From Macrostomum lignano (Eukaryota), in contig NIVC01000568.1 in NCBI GenBank assembly GCA_002269645.1, positions 372,001-436,000 of the forward strand: a stretch of DNA of 64,000 nt, read 5' to 3'. The stretch's first letter is position 1, and each line of letters begins with the position of its first letter. The position numbers and the translations under genes were made by a program. Shown here one piece after another: positions 1 through 14,700 of this stretch. Below the pieces are notes generated by a model. The model was not told where the DNA came from. It worked only from the letters and a program-made list of their open reading frames with translations, and searched no databases.

Positions 1-3000
1 GCGCAGCTCGGCCAGCAGGTGCAGCCGGACTCCGGACTCGTCCAGGGCGCGTCGTACCGACTGCAGCGTCCGGCGGCCCTCGTGGCACTCGTCGCAGGTC
101 ACGAGGATCACATGACGGGCTGCGTGTGGCCGGAGTTCCGGGAAGCGAGCCGCCAGCCGGACTGCGTCGAGAGCGTCGGCGCGGGCTTCGGCGCCAGCGT
201 CGGCGATGTCATGGGTCTCAACGGCGGCTAGCGCGGCGGCCAGCTGGTCGGCGCTGCCGGTCAGTTCGCCGGCCATGGTGTGCCAGTGCGGCCGGGCGCT
301 GGATCCGCGCCTGTGGTGCGCCGGGTTCCCGAAGCCCAGCAGGCCGAAGCGGACGTCAGAGACGCCGGCGGCGACCAGGCTGCTCCGCATCTGGGCGGCC
401 AGTTCCGGCAGGCGGCGCACGGTGTCGCGGCCAAGACAGCCGCGCTCCTCCAGCACGATCACAACGTCGGCCGCTGTCCCGGTGGAGCTGATGCGCTCTC
501 GCTGGCCGGCCAAGAGCTGACGAAAGCCAGTGCCAGAGCGGAGATCGCAGCGAGTGCACTGGGCGGGCGCCTGCAACCCCCTGAAACCCTTGGCGGCGCA
601 GTGGCGCATGTAGGCCACGGCTGCCAAGCAGGTCTGCTGGCCTCCGGAGCGACGCTCGTGCGCGCAGATCTCCATAAACGGCGCCGGATTTACCAGGCCG
701 AAGCAGCGTCGGAACGGAGAGCGAGACGCGACGAACAAGCGCTCGCATTCTGGATGAGGCCGCTCACCGGCTCCGCGTCTGCGGCTGCCACTGGCCAGGT
801 TGGCGTGGCGGCAGCGGCCAAGTCGCCAAGATCGGGTGAAGCGCAGCAGGTCTTCGCTTCGTTGGCCGTTGCTCTCCGTCAGATCGTTGAACGCCTCATT
901 GTCGAAGTTGCCCAGCAAGCCTCCAAGCCGAGCGTGGTACCAGCCGGACACGCTGATCGTGTGCGAGTTCGACTCGGGGTCTACAAAGATGGTAAACAAG
1001 TGTCCAAGATCCTTGGCGTGCAGTCCAGAGGCGGTGCGCACAATGCTGAGGTTTCCAACGCTCAACGGAAGCTCCTGTTTAACGCCATCCACCAGCACGT
1101 GCAGCTTCGGCGTCACCGTGACGCGCTTTCCGTACGCGTAGACATCCAGGCTCTTGCCGGACCGACTGTAGGTCATGGTCATCGCCCAGCTGCGGCCGCG
1201 GAAGTCCCTAGTCAGCAGGTAGGTGCACTCGCTGCCGCGGAAGTCGAAGTGCCGCCCGTCGAATGTGACGATGTGGTCGCCAATCACAGAGGCGACGCCC
1301 TTGAACTTTGGAATCCAGGAGCCGGACGGCATGTCAAAGTCTGGGATGGCATCGTAGACGACGTCTCTCGCGGCGGCGAGCTTGCGCCGAACGGTGTTGT
1401 AGGAGTTGCGAAATGAGTTGTAGCTGGCGGAGAGCCGGCTGTGGACATCCTTCAGACCGGATGATGGCAGCGACTGCAGATCGTTCCACGCCATCGGGGA
1501 GTAAACTTGAGCCTCAAATCGGCCTTGCTGGATGTCCTTCTCGATGATGACATTTTTAGACAAGCCTAGGTAGTCGGTAGCCAGTCCGATGGAGTTTTGA
1601 CGGAGATACTCCACAGCCTGCAGGTAGTTGTCCTTCGCAAAATCCTTCAGATTCTGCTCGATGTTGAAGTGATCTAGGAACCACTTTGACTGTTCGTACG
1701 CTCCGGAAACCAGAGAGCTGGCTAGTTGTGCATGTCGGTTCTCCATGAAGCCGTTCAGGCTTTGGCGCATGTGGAGCTGGGCGCTGCCGATCATGCTGGC
1801 CGTGTGGTCCGTCAGCTGGCCGAATCGACTCTCGATGTTCCGGTGAGCTGTGAGAGCTACAGAGTGCAGTTGTGACGGGAGCTGGCCAAATGACTGGTAG
1901 GTCACGAACTGTACCGACCTGGCAACTCGCCTGTGAAGCTGCTGAACCATCGGATGGCCAACAACTTTGCTGTGAAAGCTTGAGTAGGCGCTCAGAGTTG
2001 CCTGTAGTCCGCTGTGCGCAGCATCTAGAGCTGGCCGAATAGTGTCTACGGCCGCATTAACATATCGCAGGGTGTGGCGGTTCAAGCTGGCGTAGACGCG
2101 GTCCGAATGCATCCGGTACATTCTGTAGGCGCGGTTTATCCCGCCTTTGCACCAGCTGTAGTGCTCCCTGGCCATTCTGTGCAGCTGTCCGCCATAGTAG
2201 CGCGCTCCGGCTACTGCCCGGCTCATGTGCGGGTGAATTTGCGCCCGGTAGACCTGGCTTGTCCGGGCATAGCTGTACCTGGCCGCGGCGGTAGTGTAGA
2301 AACCAACGGTAGCCGCAGTTTTGCGAACAAACTGACAGATGTCACGGCTGTAGAACTCGTTGCGCGAATACATCTGCTCAAACTGCTCATTCATGTAGGC
2401 CACATCGCGATGCATGGATCGCAGCTCCTCGCTGGCAAAGTCGGCAGCACTGCTCAGGTCAGGAAGCACGATGTCGCTGCTCAGCTTAGCCAGTAGGTCT
2501 CGCACGCAGGAGAATCGCAGAGATCGCACAAAGCCGCTTACTTCAGCGTACATCGATGGCAGCCGGTCTCGCAGTGTCGAATAGTGCAGCAGGGCATAGG
2601 TCGGGTTCCAGTGCACGCGGGTTCTTATCAGATTCCTGGTCTTCATTTGTACTTCGGCCAACAGGTGCTGCATCTTCACCTGGTTGGTTGTGCGGTGGAT
2701 ATCAATTCTCAAGTGCCTGCTGTTGGGGTACCCGATGGCGGCAGAAACGCGGTCGTTCTGTCGCGGCTGATAAATGAACTCCAGATCAGGCTTGTCCGGT
2801 CGAATTAGCAGCTCGAAGCTCTTGCCATGAGTGGTTAGAGTGTACTTTTTCAGCTCGGGCTGCTCGTCGCGGGTCAGTTCAAAGCTGCACTGTCTGTTTG
2901 GCGATGTCATTTCGAGACGAACTCCGTTTGAGCTGATCCTCAGGGCTGCGTTCATGCGCTTGCTCTGCCCATCGGAACCAGCGTATTCGAGAGACAGGAC

Positions 3001-5706
3001 GCCTTCGCTCTGCATATCCGTCTTTTTTAGCCGACCGCCGAACTTTACGTTGACCTTGCCGCTGTCCTGGAAGAGCCTACCAGAGATTTGAATCGTTTTC
3101 AGAGCGACCCGAGTTCCTTGCAGTTCCAGCACGATCGTGTCCTGCCTGTTGTCTGTGATATCAACTTCGAGGCGATTTGAGAAAACAACTTGGCGCTCGT
3201 TCATCAGCGAAGTGAAGAGAATCGAATACGGCTTCTTATTAGCGACCTGGAGCCCGAGCTTGCCAGCGAGTTTCTTGTTCGGCTTGAATGAGCTGCCCAT
3301 CTTGACTCGGATCACCCTATCGCTGGAGGACCTGCCCGCGTCGTAGTCAAGGCTGGCGCTCAGCTGCGCTTCCTCCTGCGACTTCTCCATTTCGATGGAC
3401 GTCTCCAAGCGTCTTGTAGGCAGTGCCAGAGAAATAGTAGCTGAAGCTGCCTTCTTCAGGTAGTCACTCTTGTTCACGGTACGGATCGTCAATACTAGCG
3501 GCGCGGTCGTCGGCTGGTCAGGCGTAAACTCTAACTTAAAATCGAATCCCCTGGGCGCAATCTTGACCTCTCTGCTCAGGGCGACAGTCCGGTAGGGTGT
3601 TCGCAATTTCACGAAGGACTTGCCGCTCAGGCTGTAGTCATTCTTCTGAACTTGAGCGTTTAGGTGAAAAGGAACCGCATCTCCGTTAGTGATCTTGAGC
3701 TCCACAATTCTGACGTCGCCGAGGCTAAGCCTATAGTTGACTGTTACAGGCTGCGTAATTTCCATACTGATCACGCCTTGCTCCCGACTGCTGTTGATGC
3801 TCAGCCGGTGCCATCTCTGGTCGTCAACCACAAGACTGGATGAGTGCTTAAAGAGGCCGTCTCGGAGACCATGACCGATCTCGATCTTAGCGTTCCTCAT
3901 CGAGCTCATAGATGTCTCAATCTGCACAGTTCCATCCACCTGGGTTCCGAGACCATTGTAGTTCAATGTGCCGATGGCAGAAATCTTGACGAAATGACCG
4001 TGAGGCAGCTTCACAAGAATGCGCAGTCGCGACCTTGATTCCTCCTCGTCGGCAATAATCTTCAGGCCGACTTTCTCAAAGCCTGCGAATGGAGTACTGG
4101 CTCGTAGGTTCAGAGTCGTGGACGTCATGTTGCAGGCTAGGCTGATTTCCTGACCGTTTACAGCAGCAGCGAAACGGCCAGACTGGTCATTGTGGATCAA
4201 AGTCAGCTGAAGCTGTCTGAACCCGGCATGCGGAGTCTCCGCCTTCCAGCTGACGATCCCACGAGGAATTTCAGTTGTTCTCGGTTCTTTCACGACGTTT
4301 AGCGAGGTCGAGTAGCGCAGGCTATTTGCTTCAAAGGTGGCGACGGCGGAAAGCTTCCCAGGCAGGTTGCCGGTAAGAGACATGACTGTGCTGATCTTGC
4401 TGACCGGTAGGAATGGCGTCTGTAGGTCAATTTTGAACATCTTCCTAGCACCAGTGTCGATTTCGAGCTTGCACTGTAGAACTTTCTCAGCGTATTGGAT
4501 CTCCGTATCGATGCTGACTTTGTTCGGCTGCAGAGTTGGCTGGATCGAGAAGGACAGGTGCGACAACATGGGACAGCTCGATCTCAAAACGAGGCTGTAT
4601 GATTTGTCAGCTTTCAAGTGCACAAATGATACATCCATCCAAGAAACAGTGGCTTCCAGTTCCCTGTTTAGCGCAACTTTCAGAGCCAAGTTTCTCAGCG
4701 GAGTAATCTGCTCAGTCAGCCTCATTTCCACAGCCCACTGCGAGGCGGCTGTCACGGCGATTTTGCTTGTGTAGACCAGCGGTTGCCAGTCGTCAAGGCT
4801 CATTGTCAGAATCTGTTGCATCTGGCGCCAGCTCTCACCAATTTGCTTAAATTCGAACTCAGCTTTGCGATTCGGCAGAGCGGCTACCATGTCTGAGTGA
4901 TCCATGGTGACTTTTAAGACGATATTGTCGATTGATTCGAGTCGAACTTCAACGCTTGTGTCCAGCTTTCCTGACTGAGTGCTCACCATTCCGGTGTATT
5001 CGAAGCTCTTAAAGTTTCCTTCTAGCTTTTTGTTGATTTCGATCTTTCCGTGAGGCGTTTCAAAATTGCCTTTAACGACTAGCGAGTTCTGGCTGGCCTG
5101 AAGCACAGCATTCACCACCAGGAGACGCGGAGACTCCGCTGTGGCAGCTTTCATCTCCAGCGCATAGCAGGTCGGACACGTCCGCTTCACTGACGCTCCG
5201 GCTCCAATGATTTTGTGATAGTAGTTTGACTTGAACCAGGCGGCTCTCTCATTGAGCGAGTTCACGAGCTTCAGGTGGTGGTACTTGATGCCTATCGCGC
5301 TGTCTTCGTATTCGAGCTTCTCTGGGGTCCAGGAGAAGTTCTTTGTCAGCAGCCGTTCAGCAGCACGTTGAACGATAACGCCAGACTGCAGGGACACGCC
5401 TCGGAGACGATGACCCTCGGCATTGATGCGCCATTCCCCAGCTTCAACTTCGTGCCTCCATTCGTGCCTTCTTTGTTCGTCCATTCGATGACTGAAGTCA
5501 AGCTTGCAGCCAAGACCCTGGAAGTTCGCTTCTAGGTGCTTTCCGTCTTCGATTTTGAAACTTCCCACGACAGAGTGAGTCTTTGTCATCATAGAGAGAC
5601 TGTGGTGGAAACTAAAGTCTTTGAACGATCGGTGCTGATGAGCCAGACGCAGGCTATTGAATGGAGCCGCGATTTCGACCAGCTTGTCTTCGCCAGCCAG
5701 ATTCCA
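1..5706 (-). CDS. LLTP exon 4, part B (beta region, amphipathic helices, VWD, C8-like and degenerate VWA domains); continues beyond the window
   Basis: I scanned this frame codon by codon: no stop in 1,902 codons. It is absent from the ORF track, probably because it runs off the edge. GDHIVTFDGRHFDFRGSECTYLLTRDF (~1290-1200) is VWD; CLAAVAYMRHC is C8-like; ADVVIVLEERGC...DVRFGLLGFG...RPHAARHVILVTCD is VWA-like. Confidence 0.93.
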
Positions 5707-8700
5707 GCGGCACGAAATTGGAACGGTCCGTTATCACTGAAAGTCAAACTGCTGAGCACTCGTCCTGCGGCAAAGTTCGACTCGGAAGTCACTTGACCCT
5801 CGAAGTTGAAAGACGGCGGCAGAATCGAGGATAAGAGACATGAATCACAAGTCATTCGATGGTCAAAGCTGAAGTCCTGTCCACTTCTGTGGGTGTGATG
5901 GAGCTTCAGTTGAAAGCTACCCGCATCGACAGTTAGGTTTTTCGCTAATCCTTCCACGTTCCATTGTCCCTTGATCTGCGCCTCGCCATTGTTCAGGCTC
6001 ACGGTTCCGACTTTCCACGTGGGACTGGCGTTCAGGACTCCGGTAATATTCTGGGTTCCGCTTGGCAGAATAGCGACGATGTGGACTCTTCCAGATGTTT
6101 CTGTCTCCTTGAAAAACTCGAGCCTTCCGAAAGAGTTGTGGCTGATCTTTAGTGTCTTTCTAGGCGACACGAAATTCCACGAACTGCTGATCATCTCACT
6201 TTCGGCTGCTTCGTTCTGACCAAGCGTAACTTTCACCTTTCCTTTCCAATCGATTTTGTGCTCCCATGTGAAAATGTTTCGGGCAGCGCTAGATGACAGG
6301 CGCGAACTTGCTCTCATGGAAGCCTCGGAGAGCCGAAACAGGACAGCGGGATCATACACCCCACTGGTGCTGAGTTTGCTCATGCCCAGGTCGATTTGAT
6401 GACGATAGTGAATTCGGCCGTCGATTCGTCTGCCACTCAGGTCGATCTCCATACCGTTGAACTTGACGTAAACCTGTCTTGATTCGCCAATCAGATCCCA
6501 GTTCGAATTGACCTGAACGTCTGCTAGTGGTCCTCCGCTGTGCAAGATTGACACAGTACCATGGCGCCAGCTCCGAATCTTGTGATCAATAGTTGTCGTA
6601 GAATCAACTTGCAAAGGCTCGCTGAGAAAATCGATTTGAGTGGACGTCGGTGCAAAGCGGCTGTTCAGTTTGTACAGGACTATCTCGCGAAACTGTGCCT
6701 CCGCGCTGACCTGTTCACCACTGATTCTGACCTGATTCCTGAAGAGGCTTGTCTCGTCGCGATGCAAGGTCGTTTCGGCGCTCAGAACTCGCAACTCCTG
6801 GTTTGCTGAAGACTTGTGCAGCACTCTCCATCCGGCAACAACCATCTTAGCGTGGCAACTGTAAGCCTTCCAGCCATTGTGCAGGTGTTGTAGTTTCAGC
6901 TTGAATGGAGAAGCAGCCGCCGACTCCAGCGAAACGTAACTGTCAATCTCTGTGCGATATTCGCTGCTCGAAGAGGGCCTAACAACAAAACCGGCTTTAA
7001 ACTCGTGCTTTTCGTCTCCACGAGTAAGAGTGTAACGGCAGCTAAATTCCTTGATGGACTTGTGCGTGTGCTCCAGGTTAAGCTGAGTATCTCCAACCCT
7101 GAGTTCTCCTCGGACACTCTGGCCATTCAGCTTCCAGTTTCCACCGATTTTGGGAAGTTGGTGACTTCCAGTCTGCTCGAAGCTGACGGTCCCCTCGCTT
7201 CCACTGGTTTCATGTCTCAATCGAGCGTCGGTGTGAAATCCTGTCAAAGCGCTGGAGAACTTCAAACTAGAAGACTTTGTAGAATAAGTTCCGGACAAAG
7301 TGCCAATATTTGTTGGGCCGCTCTTGTGCCTGATGATGTAGTGCCCAGCACCAATCTTCACTTCGTTCTCGTGATCCAACAGGTTGAATACGGAGCTGAT
7401 TTGTTTATTTTTCCAGTGGATGCGACCGGAGTGAGTGGCCGACAGGTCCCCGTAGGCAATTTTTGAGTTCCAAGCCGAGTCCCCGAAAATCGAGTTGTAG
7501 TGGCACTGAACCTCCGCATTAGACGGCTCGGCGAATGGTGTTTCCATTTTGGCACTGACTTCAAGCTGGTGGGTGAAGTCTTTCTTGTTGGATGCCTTGC
7601 GCTCCATTCTGGCGTTCATATCCAGGTAGCTCTTGCCATTGTATTGGATCGAGTGTCTGAGACTGCCGTGCGCCTCACCCATCTCAGTAACAGCTCGTGT
7701 TCGCAACTCTCTAACGGGACTCTTGTAGTACAGACCGCCGTCAACGGTGTTGGTGTCCCTCAGAAGGTGGCCATTCAGGATGTACTTTCGATCTCCAATG
7801 CTATACTCGTGCTTCACTCGGTGCCGTCCAGCTCCATGTTCGTGGTGCAGCTCCACAGAAATTGGTTTCCATGGGTTCGCAACTTCCAGCTTAGTTTTGA
7901 ATGTGCTGTCATCAACTTTCACGTGCTCGACATGGGCAGAAATTTCGTGCGTTCCGTAGACAAGGCGAATCTTGGGGTTAGAGAAACTCTTAAAGTCAGT
8001 GGTGAGCAGAATTTTCTTATTTCCTGCTACGTCGGCTTCCAAACTGAGCTGTCTGCTATCGGCATCCAATACACACTTTGCGGCGCTTCTCTGACCCAAA
8101 ACCTGAACGTCAAATGATCCGCTGTGGTAGCGTTTCCAGTAGCCGATTTCCTGCTTCGTATTGCAGCTGAAAACCACCTGCTTCTTAATCAGGATATCCA
8201 GCCTTTGGTTGAAGCTCTGCGCCTCGTACCCGGACTTGCTGCAGCTTGCGATCAACTCTACCATTTCGTCGCCATTCTTCTTGAGTGATAGGCTAATTTT
8301 TCTACTTGCCATCTTCATTTGAGTCTGGATGCGAGTACCAAATGCGCTGAGGTCGAGTGTCGAATGCAGTTCATTCGGATAGGTAGCAACCAGTTTTGCC
8401 TTTAGTGGCTGGTCCTCAGGTAGGGCACTCGACTTGACTTGCAGATCGGTTTCAAACTGTGCTTGGTTGATCTTGGAGGTCCACGACAAACTGTGCTGAG
8501 CACCGCCATCTGTCGATAGCTGAAGCTCAGCTCCCAGTTCCCAATCCCCCGAGGAAGACAGCCAACCTCGAGTGAACTTTGAATTCAGATTAGCGTCGAG
8601 CTTGGCTCCGAGGGCATTCACACCAACAGTAAGTTGCTTCAGCGTCCTTTCCAATTTCATGCTCATGACTGCAGCTAGGTCTCTCTCAGTCAGACCAGCA

Positions 8701-11700
8701 ACCATAGCGCTAACTTCTTTGAGCGTCTCAGTCCGAATAAGGTGCATCTGTAGTGTGACGCTACCCTGCTTCACGTACTTGATATCGTGGAGGCCACTGA
8801 TGTGCAGAGTGATTCCGTTCGGCCAGTTCATCGATCCAACAACCTTGTAAGCTTTCATCGGTGTTGAAACTTTGACCTCCACTTGAGTCTCCTGTGCGCT
8901 GATTTTGTTAACATTGACGCTACCACTTACTTCTTGCATCTTGACGTCAAGCGCCGGAAGGTTGGCTGAGGTCTTAAAGGATAGCTGACCCTGCTGTACA
9001 GACATTCTGTGCCGGATGTGCGCATCCAGCTGCTCCAGACGGATCATAATCATCGTTTCTTGTGCGTCCATCTTGACATCCCACTCAGCAACGACGTTTT
9101 CGATCGGATTGTAGCCAAACAGTCGCTTCACTTCCAGAAAGCCACTATGAGGTAGTCGAACAGCCCATCGCCCATTGGTGAGCATGGATGTTAGTCGCGC
9201 AGTGACATCAACTCGAGCATCACTGTCAACTCGGTAGACTAAGTTGACAGCTCGATTTTCCATGTGCCCCAGTCGCTTCATCTCAACTTCATACAGCTTT
9301 CCCATGAAGTGCATCCGTAATTTCAGCCCATTGCTGCCAGATGACTTCGATAGCTTTAACTCGTTAGAGTAGTCGTTGAATGCAATTCCGAATTTCAGCT
9401 CGCTTCTTTCGTCATCGTTTGATGCTTTTCCGTGAACGTCCAGAAGTCGGAGTTGATGAACCGGTGTTTCGAGCTTAAACCTCGCCATTAGCTCATCAAG
9501 CACATTCCAGTGGGCAAGACCAGAGAAACGCCTCTTTCCATATTGAGTCGTGACCTCAAATTTGTATCGCCGAAGGCTGCCCGTTGCTTGGAAAGCCAGC
9601 TCCATTTCCGGCAGATTTGGAAGGACCAATGCGCCGCGAACGTGAAGGCCGTCCGTGAGATCAAGAATTGCCGTTGTCTTCAGCTCCTGGCTGGGTAGCA
9701 GAACCTTTGCCTCCCAATGGAAGGGGATCGAGGTCACCAATCCCACAAGCTTGACGCCAAACCTTTCGTATCCAGCAAATGGAGTGGTGATTTTGACCGC
9801 GACTGTCTTATCGGTGGTCCAGCTAAACTTGGCTTTGGCCGAAAACTTCTCTTCCTGGCCGAGCATAATCGCAACACGCTCGTTGACAACCATGCTGTTT
9901 AGATCAGACTTTGAGTGCCATACAAAGCTGGTCACTTCACTTGTTCCTACGCTGAGGACCAACTTTCTGTTGTAGGCGTCGTAAACGCTACCAGCCTTGA
10001 AGAGCAGCCTATCTGTATCAAGCAGTCTCACGCTTAGGTCGGTCAGGCAGTGCTCGTGTTTTTGAGCGATTCCAATTTTGGCCTCAAAACTTGGAAGGTG
10101 CCGGCAGCTGGTATCCAAAACAAACTTTCCTTCGGCCGGAGGAGCGAATAGTCCCTGGACTGATTTCCACATTGTCCTGATCTTTGTTTTCCCTGCGAAT
10201 GGCGACTGAAGGTTGACGGTAACGTCAAAAGTTGGATCCATCTGAATGTGAGCGGAAAATTCAGTTTTCTCGATTCGAGAGGATGGGGCCTCCAGCTGTA
10301 GTACAAACCGTTTGGCGTTCCGGTCCGCTAGATCAATATCGCAGACTGCACCCCAGGTCTGATCAAGGTCATCAGCTTGAAGGGTAGCCTTGAAGGCCAG
10401 AAGTGCTCTGTATGGTTTCAACTCCCACGATGCGCCCAGTCTTGTCGCTACGGTGTAAATCAATGATCCCGCAGAGCTTGCTTCAAAGTTAATGTGGCCA
10501 TTCTTAAGTGCCAGACGGGTTGAAGCTTTAACACTGGGTGAGTTTACAGATGCAGTGAAGCCAACAACTGACGGGCCATTCCAACTGGCGATGTTCAGCT
10601 CATGGCGGACTGACATGATGGTTGCCGCGGCTGTCAGATCGGCGTCTTTGAGGCGCAGCTCCAGACCATGCAATCCGTGTTGCCTACTCTCCATGCGAGC
10701 GGTAATGTAAAGTTTCTGCCTAGAATCTACCTCAAAGGATAAACCTGTCTTGTCCCATGACTTGATTGGAGTGTGAACCGTGACGCTGGTGTGAACCATG
10801 CCCGATCCAAAGGTTGCTTCCTCGGTTAGTGAATAAGTACCAAGCTGAGTGCACGTCAAGCTGTGGCTGCCCATTGCCTTGTACAGAGAGCCGTCTTGGT
10901 TGCTGGTGAAAGTAGATCGCAAGCTTAGTCTCTCATTCAGCTTCTCGATGTATAACGCTGCATTCATTGTTTGTCTGATGTAGGAGTCTTCGTCTTCAAT
11001 TCTCTGGCTCCTAATTTCGAAGTTATTTTCACCCAGAAGTGGATTCTTGAACTTCACGCTCAGCTTAGCCTGTTGTTGATTGTTTAACCACTGAAAGGCA
11101 AGTGAAGTCGCTCTAATAAAGTCATGTGGGGCTTCAAGAGCGTAGCTTCCGATCAATGAACCGTCAATGCGTTCGGTCTTGCCGACAAACTTTGCTGTGC
11201 CAAGCATCTTGTTCTCAGAAGCAATTTCCTGCACTTGCGGTGTCAGCTTCCAGGTGAGCTTGCTGACGGCAGCCTCGAAGTCGCTTTCCAAAGTGATGTC
11301 GCCCGACAACTCGTTCATCTTCGTATCAGCTCTCAGGGAAAAGTCATGGTTTCCAAAATACTCCTGGCTGATCTCAGTGGACAGTAGTTTCACTTCGGCA
11401 GCGTAGACTCCTGAGAATCTCAGCTTATTGTCGGTAAAGCGACTAAACGGAGTCAGCAAACGTACGGCCAAATCGACTGATCTCGGGGTAGTTTGGTAGT
11501 CCACGCGCAGAGTAATTGGCTCAGAGTTTGGCCAACGAACTTCAAATTCAGGATGAACTGAGACGGTGAATCTCGAGTTTTCCATGTCTCGCGACTTGTA
11601 CTGAATAGAGTAGATGCCAAGGATTTCGCTGTCAAAAACTAGCTTGGCTGTTTTTGGACCAATGACCTCAAATTTGATAGCATTCTGCTCCAAAACATCA

Positions 11701-14700
11701 TTTTTGACAACCAAGCTGGCGACAGAGTCAGTGAGGCTGCCAATGATAGATGTCTCACGGAAGCCAGCCCTGTTTGTTTTCAGCACTACAGAAAACGTCT
11801 TCATCAAAACATGCTTAGCACTCAGGCCGAATACAGTCTGGCCCTCCTTCACCAGCTGAACATCGGCAAGGAAGTCTTTAGAGTCGCGGCGACCAGTGAG
11901 GGAGAAAGAATACAGTGCCTGTGTGCTCCTAGCATGATCGGTATACTGAGCGGAGAGGTGTGCAGACTTCCTGGCATCGAAGCCTACTTTGGTCTCGAAC
12001 AGAATGCGGCCTACTTGAACCGACAGCTCTGTCATGAAGTTCTTCCATCCTTGACCTTCATTCTTCAGGATGACAACCGCCGTCTGATCCAAAGCATTCA
12101 GTTTCACCTTAGTTCTCCCAGAAATGCCAGTCCATTCATTGTCCAATTCCAGCGTTAGCTGCCTGTTGTTGCTAGCGGACACGGACACCATTCGCTTTTG
12201 TCCGTCGCGACGGATCTGCATTCGAGTTTCTCCGAGCACTGGCACTGATGCAGTAAAATCGCCCTCAGAGTTTTGGAACTGGCCCCGGTAGCTAAGAGGA
12301 GCGTGGTACTTTGATCTCACGTCTAGATAGTGGTTGAACTCGTGCAGCGCTCCCTCGTGACCGAGTCGCATCGTCATTTTCTCCGTGGTTGGAGTCTCAA
12401 CTGCAAACTCGCCTTTCAGTCCTCCGTCGGCTGAGTTCAACTGACCGCTGTAATCAAACACCGGCGAATAGTCGATCGTAAGCGTTGCCCTATTCTTGAA
12501 CTGGGAGAGATGACCTTCGTGGCGAATATAGAACTCCTTAGTTGTCTGGCCGGAAGACTTAAAGCTGCCCGAAATCTCGAAGTCAGACAGTGAGTTAATT
12601 GTTGACTTCTGCTTGAACTCCAGCGATTTGCTTCTCCTCGAAACCGATACTAGAATTTCATCACTTCCATGTGAAGCTGTCGCTGCGATTTCCAATGTTG
12701 GGAGCGAAACGCTGAGCACACGCTTTCCTGAATGCTTCCCATAGTTGGCCTTGAATAGTGAAGCTAGTGGCTGTCCTTGTCCTCTAGAAAACTGAACGTC
12801 TGCATCAAAGGATGTTGCTGGCTGAAGCTGAAGTTCTGCTTCCATCTTCGCATTGACGGCATCCTGGTGAATTACTTCCAAAGGCAGTTTAACATCAAGC
12901 AGCATCTTTGCGGTCGGAGACCGACTCAGCTTTGTCCTTACCTCTAGATCATTGCTGCCAAACAGTAGATTCCAAGTTGCCGAAAATTTGGCATCAACGT
13001 TGTCAGTCTCCTTCACCAAGAAGAGTTCTGTGGTCAGTGGGCTCATTCCAGGACCATCTAGCAGAAGCCTGGACTTGCTGGCCGAGCTGCTGAATTGCAC
13101 CTGTAGATTCTTGCTCCATCCAGGAATCTCCACTTCCGTGTTCAGCTGGCTTGCGTCGTAAAAGTTGTGAGAATGGCGAATATTGACCTTCCGAAGACCT
13201 GGTAGAGACGTCTGCAGATTGAATGTTAGTTTCGCCTTAGCCGCTGACTGGATTCTGCCCCCAACACGCAGTTCCCATTTCTCACTCAAGTACTTTGGCA
13301 TGTCAATCACTAGCAACAGTTCCTCATTATCCGTTTTTAGTTTGGAGTTAAAGCTCTGAATGTATGGCACTCGCAGCTTGATGGTAGCCATAGCATCAGT
13401 GAGAAAGTTCCAGCTGGCTTTTCCAAAATAATTTTCGGTGCTTGGTAGTCGGACTTCAAGCAGCGTCTCGCCTTTGTAGATGTGCTCCAAATCGATCAGC
13501 AGTGTTCCACTGGCATCCTCAAAGAATGGTGTCTTCACCAGTACGCTAGCGGAAAGGCCATATAGGCCAGAGTCTTCCTTTGCTGCTTCGAGTTTCACTT
13601 GGATCGGACTCTCTAGCCAGTTGCACTGATGACTCAGGTTGAAGCTGTACTTTCTTTCGGTGACAGAAAGCTCAACAGAGCTATTATGAACGTAACCGAA
13701 AACCTTTGTGTTGACGTTCAGACCTGTCTTTTCAAATGTCCGAAGGAACTTCGTCTCGCTGGCTACGACAACCCTATCGTCGACCATGATGCCGAAAGCG
13801 TTGTTGAAGCTTCCGGCTGACGGGGCCTGCCAGTTGTTCTCCAACAAAATTACCGGTTGATTGCTGACTTGGAATCGAGCCTTGTAGTGACTTTCGCTCA
13901 CCTTCTCCATCCTGATGTTCATTTGCTTTTCCTCACTGTCAACATTGAGCGTACCCTGAATCAGCACTGCACTATTGCGAACTGTTTCAGTTCGCAGACT
14001 ACCGGCGACATTGGTGATGGGACTTCTTAGCTTCATCATTGCGGAGGCATCCTCCAGGCCGTTTAGAGAGAAGTCCTTCTCAAAATTAATTAATCCCATG
14101 CTGTTCTCGAATTGGATCTTGGTCTTACTTGTCCAGTGTGTCCCATCAACGAAGCTACTTCTGACTGTCGCACTGAACTGCTTCACAGAGTCGAAGGGCA
14201 GATTGAAAAAAGATGAGCCCTCGAATCGTGAATTTTGAATTTTCCAATCCAGGCCGGCTGCAACTTTCACTTGCCCATGTTCAATTTTAAAGGCCGCATC
14301 AAAGGACATCGGAGAGTTTTCCAAAGTCTGGTGACCGGAGATTAGCACACGTTCAACACCGCGAATGTTGCTAGTAAATAAGGATGAAAATCTGATGTCC
14401 TGGAGGCCTAGAAGCCGCAGGCTGTTGACGACTTCCACATTGTTTCCGCCCGCAATCATCTTGTATTCGTGTTGGTGCTCAATGAGGCGGCCGAGGTTCC
14501 TGTGCTTAACGGCCACGTTCAGACCCTCCAAAGCGGTGAACGGCGTCCTCAAGCTCCACTTCCAGCTGAGCTCTCCAGAGGCGAGGCCTAACTCGCTGCT
14601 GGCATCAATACGGCCTTCTGGGAAAGTTGCATCAGCAGTTGTCATCCACTTGCCAGTTTCCGACAGTCTGTGGTCAAAATTTGCCTTCAGTTCGCCAACT

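Noticed and set aside
280-1416. 378-aa plus-strand ORF and other ORFs overlapping 1-22000
   Set aside because: Antisense shadows of the GC-rich LLTP frame; no recognisable domains.
5589-5706. C-terminus ...IWLAKTSWSKSRLH...TVSL* of the tracked ORF
   Set aside because: Out-of-frame tail after the frameshift; the alternative frame matches internal repeats and stays open to the edge.
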